A stretch of DNA of 64,000 nucleotides from contig JAHFMX010000006.1 of NCBI GenBank assembly GCA_023267635.1, forward strand, positions 1,940 through 65,939, given 5' to 3'. How positions within the stretch are numbered: position 1 is the first letter of the stretch; every line of letters begins with the position of its first letter. The notes beneath the pieces were generated by a model. That model was not told the origin of the DNA and searched no databases. It saw only the letters and a program-made list of their open reading frames with translations. Source of the stretch: a bacterium (GTDB lineage: Bacteria > Patescibacteriota > Minisyncoccia > Phycocordibacterales > UBA5272). A program made the translations under genes and the position numbers. Positions 38,242 through 46,513 of the stretch are shown here, in pieces.

Positions 38242-38370
38242 GTAAGGGAGCCTTATAATAACATAACCATTTAAAAATACAATAGCAAACTATAATAAGG
38301 TCTTGGTAATCTTTTGTTATGAATTTGTTTTTCATTTTTAAGATTCTATTGTAAAGTAAGGGAGCCTTAT
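38242..38370. repeat. 15-nt direct repeat GTAAGGGAGCCTTAT with palindromic core
   Basis: Exact copies at 38242-38256 and 38356-38370. Confidence 0.7.
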
Positions 38371-38481
38371 TTTATAATAAGTGATGGTTCTTGCTAAACA
38401 GATTAGTTTAAGTCTCATTGTATTGTAAGCGGAAATTACAATACATTAAAAATATAATACAGCTGATCAAATAGCAATAGC

Positions 38482-38736
38482 TTACCTAAAAAACTCACTG
38501 TCAGAAAGCTTACGGCTCTTGGTTGTCATTAAGTAGTCTCTTTCGTCCATAGCACGAAGGTAGTTAAACCGTGAATGACATCTTAGGACGAATGACTTCC
38601 TATCCTTATTGGTGAACTCCATTGTCATCATGGTCTTGGCCAACTCCTTATCATTGATCTTTTTCAAATTGGTATTCAAAGCAGCCCAGGTCTTAGTGAG
38701 CTCTTCATAGTTATTTATTATGTATTCTTGATCCAC
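38482..38736 (-). CDS. hypothetical protein
   Basis: AGGAGG SD, GTG start; 84 aa. Confidence 0.6.
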   Translation of the reverse strand: MDQEYIINNYEELTKTWAALNTNLKKINDKELAKTMMTMEFTNKDRKSFVLRCHSRFNYLRAMDERDYLMTTKSRKLSDSEFFR

Positions 38737-38748
38737 TCTAGCCTCCTG

Positions 38749-38774
38749 AAAAAAAAGGCTGCTAATTAGCAGCC
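38749..38774 (-). terminator. intrinsic terminator
   Basis: Perfect palindrome GGCTGCTAATTAGCAGCC followed by U-run on - strand, downstream of SSB-like gene. Confidence 0.7.
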
Positions 38775-38812
38775 CCTAAGATTTTATTTACACTTTATTT
38801 TACACTTTATTT

Positions 38813-39646
38813 TTAATACTTGCCACGTCTTGCTGTAGTTTTGGCAGATGCTGTCGGTGGGGCTTTAGCAGGAGCCTTACCTTTGACAGGCTTAGCAGGT
38901 TCTTCATCTTCAGGAAGTGCATAGTCAGTTTCAATAGCCCCTTCAGCTTTATCAACTCGTCTTATGATAGCCTCCATCAAAGCATCTGGCACTTCTGAAA
39001 TTAGCTCAAAGTTGATTGCATACTGGTTTGTCATGTGTGGCTCTACTTTCAATCTGGTAATAACTCCGTAGACTGGATAATCAAACGTAGCTTTAACCTG
39101 CTTAGCAAATGTAGAGAAGTTCTTGCCTGACGTTGGTGGAATCAGTAAAGAAACAATTTCTTGGTCAGCTATTTCAGTAGCTTTAGTAAACAACTTCGGT
39201 CTACCACTAACAATGCTGCCGATAACCAGAATTTCCAGCTTACGCCTGTTGCTGCAAGCCTTCCCCCGTCCTGTACCACTTGACCCATACTCATTATTGG
39301 GGCAGCCAAGACATGTCTCATGTACTGCGTTACCCGCAATAATTACCTTTTCAGCCGGAGCCATTTCTTTTGCTCCCTCACCATAAGCATAGCAGGCAGG
39401 GGGGAATGTTTCACCGGGCTCATAAGGCCTGTCATAAAACACATTATGGAAACGGTTAGCTAAGATAACACACAGCAGCTCATTTCCAAAAACAGGGACG
39501 TCATTGAATAACAATGTGCTACCTTTAACTTGATATGCTGTAGAAGTTTGTACGGATGCCTCAGCAGTAGCCTGCCGGTCAGCGTCTCTCTTAAGTCTGT
39601 CTTTCCAGGACATGACTGCTTTATTTTCTGAATTTACTTTTGCCAT
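38813..39646 (-). CDS. putative ssDNA-binding/annealing protein
   Basis: CLGCPNNEYGS..GRGKAC.NRRKL..LIPPTS pattern found near PolA in related phages; low-complexity charged tail. Confidence 0.55.
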   Translation of the reverse strand: MAKVNSENKAVMSWKDRLKRDADRQATAEASVQTSTAYQVKGSTLLFNDVPVFGNELLCVILANRFHNVFYDRPYEPGETFPPACYAYGEGAKEMAPAEKVIIAGNAVHETCLGCPNNEYGSSGTGRGKACSNRRKLEILVIGSIVSGRPKLFTKATEIADQEIVSLLIPPTSGKNFSTFAKQVKATFDYPVYGVITRLKVEPHMTNQYAINFELISEVPDALMEAIIRRVDKAEGAIETDYALPEDEEPAKPVKGKAPAKAPPTASAKTTARRGKY

Positions 39647-39667
39647 TTTTTTACCTTTACTTTAAGT

Positions 39668-40033
39668 TTAAATTGCCAATCTTGTTGCAGCTGAAGTCAT
39701 TAAGACAAAATCAACAACAGAGAAAGCTATTGGCTTGGCTTCTTTTTTAAATAAGCCAGTTCTTTTTACTGAATTATGATCTGGGTTCTTTTTAACCCAC
39801 TCATAAATTTCAGACCTTATGAAAAAACGCTTTTTCTTAGTTCTGAAAATCGGTCTTGGGAAGTTCCTGAACTCCTCCATTACCATTAGATCAAGACGCT
39901 CAATGTTGATTAGCCCAAGATATGCAAGAGTTTGCTTACTTGTAAAAACCTCATCGAATGAAAGACCTTTTGGGGGTGTTATTATACCACTTGGCATGTT
40001 ATTCGTCCATGTTGATACAGTTAACCCAACCAT
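39668..40033 (-). CDS. AlpA/excisionase-like HTH protein
   Basis: FTSKQTLAYLG...FPRPI...FFIRSEIYEWV. Confidence 0.55.
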   Translation of the reverse strand: MVGLTVSTWTNNMPSGIITPPKGLSFDEVFTSKQTLAYLGLINIERLDLMVMEEFRNFPRPIFRTKKKRFFIRSEIYEWVKKNPDHNSVKRTGLFKKEAKPIAFSVVDFVLMTSAATRLAI

Positions 40034-40205
40034 CTATCAGTTCTTTTAATACAGACAATTGTGCATACCCATATAATGTAACTGACTGTGCTGGGGTGTA
40101 CACACCTTCATCAATGCAGGCGGGACTAACTATGGTGAGTGCCCCATCTTTAATTTTCGCTATGCACCAGCCAAGGTCTTCTGCCTTAGAGTATGATGTG
40201 CCCAT
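39999..40205 (-). CDS. hypothetical protein
   Basis: 68 aa, follows upstream stop by 1 nt. Confidence 0.4.
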   Translation of the reverse strand: MGTSYSKAEDLGWCIAKIKDGALTIVSPACIDEGVYTPAQSVTLYGYAQLSVLKELIDGWVNCINMDE

Positions 40206-40206
40206 G

Positions 40207-40605
40207 CTACTTCACCTTATTTAAACGGATGACGACAGCCTGGAAAGTTCCTATACCGGGTATAGGCTTCTTGGCATTCCATCTTGAAGATACAGCTTCC
40301 GGTGAAAGACGTGATTGGAAGATGTCTTGAGCTTTGTTCTTAACAGCCCAGGCCATCAAGGCAACCTTGTCAGTCACGTTGTAGACTTCTTTGGTTTCTA
40401 CCCGAACTGTTGCCAGTTTCCCGGAAGCTCCTGTCATGTCACTCTTTGGTAGAGTGTCTATGATGTGATTCTTTAATGCTGACTGCTCATCATCAAGAAC
40501 TTTGATCTGTGCATTCAGTTTTGATATTTCTTCTTTCAAGTTCCACAAATGATCAGCGCATGCACCAGCCGTTCTAGGGAATTTGTATACTTTCTTTACC
40601 GCCAT
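40207..40605 (-). CDS. coiled-coil replication-module protein (Gam/gp157-like)
   Basis: GAGG SD; N-terminal coiled coil, VTDK..LMAW..IFQSRLS..IPGI. Confidence 0.5.
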   Translation of the reverse strand: MAVKKVYKFPRTAGACADHLWNLKEEISKLNAQIKVLDDEQSALKNHIIDTLPKSDMTGASGKLATVRVETKEVYNVTDKVALMAWAVKNKAQDIFQSRLSPEAVSSRWNAKKPIPGIGTFQAVVIRLNKVK

Positions 40606-40620
40606 TTTTATTTTCCTCTA

Positions 40621-40809
40621 TTACTTTACTTTTGGGGCTATGTCTAAAACATAGCATTCTTCATATATGTCATAATAATAAGACAAAGCTTTCCACTCAC
40701 CGGATGATGTTGAAAAAATCTTAAAGTCTTCATCAAGACCTTTCTCTAAGTCAGCCTTGCTTGTAATACCAACCTCGTCTACAAAATTTAGCATTTCTCT
40801 TGGAGTCAT
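40621..40809 (-). CDS. hypothetical protein
   Basis: 62 aa, AAGGG SD. Confidence 0.45.
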   Translation of the reverse strand: MTPREMLNFVDEVGITSKADLEKGLDEDFKIFSTSSGEWKALSYYYDIYEECYVLDIAPKVK

Positions 40810-41070
40810 TTTAAGCCCTTCTATTTCTTGTTTCTAAAACTTCTGATCATCATCACTGTAGAATTAACAGTAAGGATGAAAATCATGAAGCAGTTAATTA
40901 ATGTTATAACGTCGTGCATGACTCACTTCCATTTTTCTACAAAACGTTTTCGCGTCTTTTCCGTTGGTGGGCTGAACTTAGATAGGTCTTCTATCTTTTT
41001 TTCAGCTATCTCTTTTTTCTCTTCTGGGGTTTCGCCCCATTTATTTTTTGGTTTCATTTTCTATTTTCTT

Positions 41071-41274
41071 CTATTTAGTCCAGTCTTCTACAACACTTAT
41101 TGCTGCATTCAGAGTAGGGTAGTTACCTTCATACTTTTCTTCGTTGCTTAATTCAAACACCCTAAACAATGATATTCTACCGTCTTCGTAGCAGCACACT
41201 CTGGCACGTAGACTGTAAGTGCCACATAGTACCTCAATACAACCATTGTCTAACTTCCTGGTTTCTAAATTCAT
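41071..41274 (-). CDS. hypothetical protein
   Basis: GGAGG SD, ATGA coupling. Confidence 0.5.
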   Translation of the reverse strand: MNLETRKLDNGCIEVLCGTYSLRARVCCYEDGRISLFRVFELSNEEKYEGNYPTLNAAISVVEDWTK

Positions 41275-41567
41275 AGAGCCTCCTTCACTTCAAAAAACAC
41301 CACATCCTTCGGTAGCTTTTTAAGCCTCTTGTCTGGAACTCTCTTCCCATTAATAAACACCATGAATTTGCCGAAAACTACACGGGTAGATTCATCCCAC
41401 CTTTCAATCACTTCAAACAGATCACCTCCAACATTAGCCACCAGTTTTATGTAGTTCCTTTCTGATGCTGGTGCTCTGTGGTTGGCATGCCGTGTACTAT
41501 GCTTTCTGCATACTGGGCCGGTTTCAGCTATCATCTCGATTAGCTCTTTGGCTTTAATTTCATTCAT
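41271..41567 (-). CDS. hypothetical protein
   Basis: Start MNEIKAK at 41567 with AAGGAG SD. Confidence 0.5.
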   Translation of the reverse strand: MNEIKAKELIEMIAETGPVCRKHSTRHANHRAPASERNYIKLVANVGGDLFEVIERWDESTRVVFGKFMVFINGKRVPDKRLKKLPKDVVFFEVKEAL

Positions 41568-41697
41568 GGTCGTTCTCCTTGCCATAGTGGAATCCTGTTT
41601 CGTCATATTCGTAGCCTTCAGGAGCCCCATTTATAAGTGCCAAGGCAATCATAGGAAGAATAACTACTACGAAAACAACCAATACAAAATATAACAT
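41560..41697 (-). CDS. 45-aa single-TM peptide with APEGYEYDETGFHY motif
   Basis: MLYFVLVVFVVVILPMIALALINGAPEGYEYDETGFHYGKENDHE; AAGGGG SD; paralog of 29468-29590. Confidence 0.65.
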   Translation of the reverse strand: MLYFVLVVFVVVILPMIALALINGAPEGYEYDETGFHYGKENDHE

Positions 41698-41708
41698 TTC
41701 ATTTCCCC

Positions 41709-42017
41709 TTAAAAATTTCTTACAAACTTTTCTGCATCATCATCAAATGATGCCTCTTTTAAATAAAATCCGATGTTGTGTAACTGACTTTGGGTGAAGT
41801 CAGTAGAACGTATATCCAGTTTTCTTTCTGTTAAAACACCTGCTGCCGTAGAATGTAGCGGGTACTCATTAAGTTTCACTGAAGTGTAGTATGAAGCTTT
41901 CTTATCCAAAGTATCTGCAAACACCATCATCAATTCTGCTTCACAATCACTATTGAGATAGCCTTTAAAAACTTTACCAATAGCTTTCTGAAGTGGTATG
42001 TATTCCAACGTTTTCAT
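41709..42017 (-). CDS. hypothetical protein
   Basis: Likely start MKTLEY with GAGG SD, right after upstream stop. Confidence 0.45.
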   Translation of the reverse strand: MKTLEYIPLQKAIGKVFKGYLNSDCEAELMMVFADTLDKKASYYTSVKLNEYPLHSTAAGVLTERKLDIRSTDFTQSQLHNIGFYLKEASFDDDAEKFVRNF

Positions 42018-42018
42018 T

Positions 42019-42216
42019 TCAAGCCTCAGTTTGGTTGTCAAATGCTTCGATGTTTCTGTTCCAGTCAAGATGCGTGTGAGTCTGTGGTTTTGATGGTGCA
42101 ACAACGTTCTCAACAACAGGCTCTACAGTAGTGAAGGACTGATAGAATGTAGTTCCTACTACTGAAAAGAAAATAAGTAAGAATACTGATATTACCCATT
42201 CTGCCAAGTTTTTCAT
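42019..42216 (-). CDS. small membrane protein
   Basis: GGAGAGG SD; N-terminal TM helix. Confidence 0.5.
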   Translation of the reverse strand: MKNLAEWVISVFLLIFFSVVGTTFYQSFTTVEPVVENVVAPSKPQTHTHLDWNRNIEAFDNQTEA

Positions 42217-42393
42217 AATAATTAGCCTCTCCTATGAATCGTGCAATTGAGAAACCGCTTGTGATGACCTTCCACTTAAGGCGACTTGATCTGATATATA
42301 CCAGACTGACAAAAGTGCAATAAGCACTGCCACAAGATGAACGAAAGTGTTGACCCACTTAAATAAATTTTTCATTTCAATTTCCAATTAAGG

Positions 42394-42672
42394 TTAATGG
42401 CACCCCCTGTAAGCAATTACAGGGAGCTCTTTTACATCTTCGGGGTGCAAAGCATCAAGGACTTCATCCATCATGTTCTGCGTTTTACAAAAATAATCTG
42501 CATACTTTTCCAAAAAATCAAAGTCGTATGCTCTAAAATTAAATTTAGATTCATGCTCGTCTTTTGATAGCTTGTATCCTTCAGCTTCAAGGACATAGTG
42601 CTTGATCTTATAGTCATAAAATATTGAGACTTTAAGTGTTCCAATTGAGCTGAAGGATAGCAGGGTTCTCAT
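42394..42672 (-). CDS. hypothetical protein
   Basis: 92 aa in early - strand cluster. Confidence 0.45.
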   Translation of the reverse strand: MRTLLSFSSIGTLKVSIFYDYKIKHYVLEAEGYKLSKDEHESKFNFRAYDFDFLEKYADYFCKTQNMMDEVLDALHPEDVKELPVIAYRGCH

Positions 42673-42681
42673 GACTGGCTA

Positions 42682-43218
42682 TCAGGCTATGTGAGTGAAA
42701 CGATTGTTACGGACTGCACGTGCTCTTACCAGTACAGGATCAATGCCTTTAACCCCTTCATTTATCACATAGTCAAACAGAGAAAGTTGAAAAGGCACAG
42801 TAGCCACCGGAGCGGGTGCACGAGAGAACCTTTTATTCCGTGCTTCACGTGCCGCTATCAATGTTTGGTCTATGTTTAACTCTTTGGTTTTGTCTGCTGC
42901 AGAGGTATGTACAATACCCTCAATAAGCTCGGTAACTTCAGACCACGTAGTAGTGGCAGTGTTGACACTAAAGGTTTTGTCAATGCTGTCACCTTCATTG
43001 CTGGTGCCTTTAACTATGACAACGAACCAGCCTTTGCCAAGATTGTAGTCACCGGTTTTCACAGGTTGGAAATACCCAGGCTCATTAACTTGCTCTTTTT
43101 GCTTGTAGCCAAGAGCGGAGTTTCTCAACTCACGTTCTTTACTAAGCTTTGCTATCCGTTTAATGGATTGGGCAAGAGTGGCTTGGTACCGTGCATTTTC
43201 TTCATCTTGTATGTTCAT
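42682..43218 (-). CDS. hypothetical protein
   Basis: 178 aa, AGGT SD. Confidence 0.55.
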   Translation of the reverse strand: MNIQDEENARYQATLAQSIKRIAKLSKERELRNSALGYKQKEQVNEPGYFQPVKTGDYNLGKGWFVVIVKGTSNEGDSIDKTFSVNTATTTWSEVTELIEGIVHTSAADKTKELNIDQTLIAAREARNKRFSRAPAPVATVPFQLSLFDYVINEGVKGIDPVLVRARAVRNNRFTHIA

Positions 43219-43250
43219 TTTGCTTACCTATTTTGATTAAATTGTTATTT

Positions 43251-43457
43251 TTACACTTCACTACAGATCATTCCGTTTGGGCTTCCACCCATTTCAAAAA
43301 AATCCTGTGTGAATGCAGTTATTTCGTTCATTGGTGCAGTCACTTTAACTACATCAAACTTATTGCTCAGAACATAATTTGCCGCTTCCCCTGGTATGGA
43401 AAAACGAATTGTAAGGTATATGTTCACATCTTCCCTTTTTAATTTTAGCTCTAACAT
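43251..43457 (-). CDS. hypothetical protein
   Basis: AGGAG SD; 68 aa. Confidence 0.5.
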   Translation of the reverse strand: MLELKLKREDVNIYLTIRFSIPGEAANYVLSNKFDVVKVTAPMNEITAFTQDFFEMGGSPNGMICSEV

Positions 43458-43566
43458 ACTGACTCCTGTGAGTCTGATTTAAAATTAAAAAGATGTCTGA
43501 ATCTCACAGGCTTTCCGTTTCATGTTTTAGAGGGCTACTACGGATAAGATTCCCTATTAAGGCGGT

Positions 43567-43728
43567 CTACCAGTATCTTGTGCTGTCATTCTCCAGGTCA
43601 AACATAAGCTCTTCAACTTCCGTCAGTGCTAAGTTCATAACGTCTGTCATGATTCTATTGGCTTGGTCATCAGTAATGGTTTTACCTATGTGCTCGATTA
43701 CTGACTCTAATTCTTGAACTGTGTACAT
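43567..43728 (-). CDS. 53-aa acidic early protein (not in track)
   Basis: MYTVQELESVIEHIGKTITDDQANRIMTDVMNLALTEVEELMFDLENDSTRYW; GAGGAA SD. Confidence 0.55.
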   Translation of the reverse strand: MYTVQELESVIEHIGKTITDDQANRIMTDVMNLALTEVEELMFDLENDSTRYW

Positions 43729-43864
43729 TTCAGTTTCCTCTATATTCAGTTTAAGTTATTTATTCCGTTTTAGCAGAAGTCCCCTTATTAGTTGGTAGAC
43801 TTCCAGGTTCGGTATTGGTTGAACCCTTGCTTTTCCGTTGAGAGATATTCTCCCCCTATTGGGG

Positions 43865-43894
43865 TTTATTTGCAACTATTTAATTGCAAATAAA
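43865..43894. promoter_or_regulatory. operator-like inverted repeat TTTATTTGCAA-N8-TTGCAAATAAA
   Basis: Perfect 11-bp arms in AT-rich intergenic region. Confidence 0.55.
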
Positions 43895-44197
43895 TTAAAG
43901 TTTTTTGGGATTTTAATAAATTCAAACACTTAAGGTTTAAAATAATTATATATTTGTAAAATTAATCCGCAAGAAGTGCATTTATTTTATAGTTTAAGTC
44001 AGCCTTCAGCATCTTCTTCAAGCAACTCAATCTGGTCTGGTCGATAGATATGAAGCATACCGGAAATTGGTGCATCAAATTCTAAGATAATCCTAGGCTC
44101 ACCGGCTAACGTCTCGAATTCAGCTATGACAGTCCCTGTATGCTGAAAACTCCCACCTACTTTAATAGCCCTATAGGGCTCAAATACTTTGCCCATA

Positions 44198-44470
44198 TTA
44201 GAACGGATTATCATAAATGGGAGGTGTTCTCTCCAACTGAGAGGCATCTACACAGGATTGGCCAATTACTGCTGCAGCATATCTTTTGTTTATCTCAACT
44301 AAAGCATCTACACCTTCAAGGATAGCTTCTCTATCCTTAGCCGATAATTTGCTCAGCACAGAATCAGCCTTGCCTATGGAGCTCTCCTGTTCTACAGATA
44401 CTCCATAGCCTACTGCATAATTACTAGCCAGAATACAGACAGCGGATAATATTAATACTTTCTTCTTCAT
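44198..44470 (-). CDS. small exported/membrane protein
   Basis: MKKKVLILSAVCILA signal-like N-terminus. Confidence 0.5.
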   Translation of the reverse strand: MKKKVLILSAVCILASNYAVGYGVSVEQESSIGKADSVLSKLSAKDREAILEGVDALVEINKRYAAAVIGQSCVDASQLERTPPIYDNPF

Positions 44471-44479
44471 TTTCTAATC

Positions 44480-44791
44480 CTATTTAATTTCACCAAGCCC
44501 AAAGCATACTGGGCACATTTTACTCATTGTGGAGGCACCCCTGGTAACTTTAACCTTACCAGAGCCATCACACTGGCTACATAGGGAGATTGCAAACTTA
44601 TTGTCAGCATCTCTTATACGCAGCTCATCCAAAGCGTTTTTATAGACTTTTTGAAGATGCTTGAACTCTTCTATGTCTCCACCCTTATCTGGGTGCATGA
44701 TGTGGCTAAGCTTCTTGTATGCCTGCTTCACATCTTCAACTGTAGCACTAGTTCCCAGGCTAAGTATTTCTAAAGCAGTATAATCAGTCAT
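44480..44791 (-). CDS. J-domain protein with DnaJ-type zinc finger
   Basis: ILSL..SATVEDVKQAYKKLSHIMHPDKGG; CSQCDGSG and CPVCFGLG. Confidence 0.88.
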   Translation of the reverse strand: MTDYTALEILSLGTSATVEDVKQAYKKLSHIMHPDKGGDIEEFKHLQKVYKNALDELRIRDADNKFAISLCSQCDGSGKVKVTRGASTMSKMCPVCFGLGEIK

Positions 44792-44799
44792 GTAATTTT

Positions 44800-45024
44800 T
44801 CAGTATGTAATATGCACAAGTAGCCGTTCTGCTTCACTGATGCAGGCCAATTGAGCAACCCCACACCAGTCAGCCCTTACCCTTGCTGAAGCTATGTAGT
44901 TCTCAAGAAGCTTTTGTTTGGGGTAGGTACTACTCAAAGTAGCACCTATGTTGTTGATCCAAAGGAGCTCTTCAGAAGTGCTCCAGGCTGTGTTATGGGA
45001 GTAGTCTGGAGTTTCTTCTTTCAT
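44800..45024 (-). CDS. hypothetical protein
   Basis: 74 aa, ATGA coupling. Confidence 0.5.
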   Translation of the reverse strand: MKEETPDYSHNTAWSTSEELLWINNIGATLSSTYPKQKLLENYIASARVRADWCGVAQLACISEAERLLVHITY

Positions 45025-45260
45025 TGAAGTGCAATAGAAGCATTAAGATCAACTTGATCGTTAAAGAACTTGATGAAATCTTTTTTGTGTGAGGGGACAT
45101 CTACTTTCTTTATGCTGATTGAACTCCTCACGAAAGTAAGATGCCTAATCAGGCGTGTTTTTAATTTACAAGCTTCACGTTTAGATTTTGACAAGTATGT
45201 GTACCTAAGACCATTTGCTTGCAGACCTGTCACTAGATAAATTTTGGTTAACCTAATCAT
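45021..45260 (-). CDS. hypothetical basic protein
   Basis: 79 aa, ATGA coupling. Confidence 0.45.
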   Translation of the reverse strand: MIRLTKIYLVTGLQANGLRYTYLSKSKREACKLKTRLIRHLTFVRSSISIKKVDVPSHKKDFIKFFNDQVDLNASIALQ

Positions 45261-46000
45261 AGTGAACCCTTGACAGCAGATGTGATTTCTTTGAACAGTT
45301 CTTTTAAGTACTTCACTTTAGCCTTTTCACCGTATTCAACAGCGGCATCTATGTGTGCATCGAACAGGTCTCTGAAGGAAGTAACCGCCGAAAAATTTAC
45401 AGCTTTAGCCTTGGCAATCAGTTGCTTATCTGTTGCTGCTTCCAGTTTTTCAATTTGCTTTAAAGCACTTGCTAACTCTTTTTCAAGCGTCTTTACTGCA
45501 GGGTCAACTTTTGTTGTGGGTGTGGATACTTTTTCCAGTTGCTTAAGAGCCCCGGAAAGGTCACGCTCAAGCTGCTTTTTTTCAGCTTCAAGTGCTTTAA
45601 CTTTTTGAGCTGAATCTTTGCCTACTGATTTTTCAAGCTCTTTTCTGATAAGTTTTTCAGTGTTTTCCTCGGCCTTGGCAATAGCATCTTCGATCTGCTC
45701 TTCATGCTCTTCAATAGCCTGAGCAACTGCTTCATCAATTAATGCAGAAACTTCATCAAAGTCTTCCCAGCCTTCAGGGAGCCCTGCAGCTGCCGACGTG
45801 TTTGGTGTGCTTAATGTATGTGGGTTGTCTTGATTTAATGCTGCTTCTACTGACTCTGACAGCTCTTGAAGACCAGCTTCAACAACGCCATCGATGTTGT
45901 TAAGTGCCTCTGTAAAGTCTGAGAGGAACTTCTCGAAGGATTTGTTTAGCAGGTCTTCGGGGGTAGGTTCTACTACAGGTTCTGGTTTCTTTTTTGCCAT
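45257..46000 (-). CDS. coiled-coil protein, first gene of leftward operon
   Basis: Likely start MAKKKPEP at 46000; acidic N-half; internal repeat ALKQLEK/ALKQIEK. Confidence 0.6.
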   Translation of the reverse strand: MAKKKPEPVVEPTPEDLLNKSFEKFLSDFTEALNNIDGVVEAGLQELSESVEAALNQDNPHTLSTPNTSAAAGLPEGWEDFDEVSALIDEAVAQAIEEHEEQIEDAIAKAEENTEKLIRKELEKSVGKDSAQKVKALEAEKKQLERDLSGALKQLEKVSTPTTKVDPAVKTLEKELASALKQIEKLEAATDKQLIAKAKAVNFSAVTSFRDLFDAHIDAAVEYGEKAKVKYLKELFKEITSAVKGSL

Positions 46001-46222
46001 TTTCAAATTCTCTTTATGTTGTTGATCAGGGAGGATTCCCACACGCATAATGATATAGACTTTTATACGAAAAGCAACAACTATTTGAATTATTTTTAGT
46101 TGACAGGGTTAAAAAGGCCCACCGGGTTTAGGGGTGAGCTTCGAGGCCCTTCAGAGGAAGTAGTGGCAAAAAGTAGAGGTAAGCTACTTAGGGGATATGT
46201 TAGCACATTGTCTGAAACAAAG

Positions 46223-46251
46223 TTGACTTTCTTTTTTAAAGGGTGTATTGT
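46223..46251 (+). promoter_or_regulatory. sigma70-like rightward promoter
   Basis: TTGACT-17-TATTGT in the divergent intergenic region. Confidence 0.45.
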
Positions 46252-46294
46252 GTTCATCTTTCTTCACATAAATATTACAAATAGAGGGGCTTCT

Positions 46295-46513
46295 ATGCCT
46301 AGACCAACACCTATTGAACCGTTAGCTCACATTCACATTAAGATGGAGGCTAAATTAAAGCAGCAATTACAAGAACTTGCGGCTAAAAACTCAATTAATT
46401 TCACTCAATTGCTTACCAGACTTGCAGTAGACCACTTAGAAGCGGAAGCTCGCATTTATGGTATTACTGTGAACACCCTCCAGCCACGGAAGGCGGGGGT
46501 TGTAGATGAGTAA
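46295..46513 (+). CDS. ribbon-helix-helix-like regulator
   Basis: AGAGGGG SD; HIHIKMEAKLKQQLQELAAKNSINFTQLL. Confidence 0.6.
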   Translation: MPRPTPIEPLAHIHIKMEAKLKQQLQELAAKNSINFTQLLTRLAVDHLEAEARIYGITVNTLQPRKAGVVDE

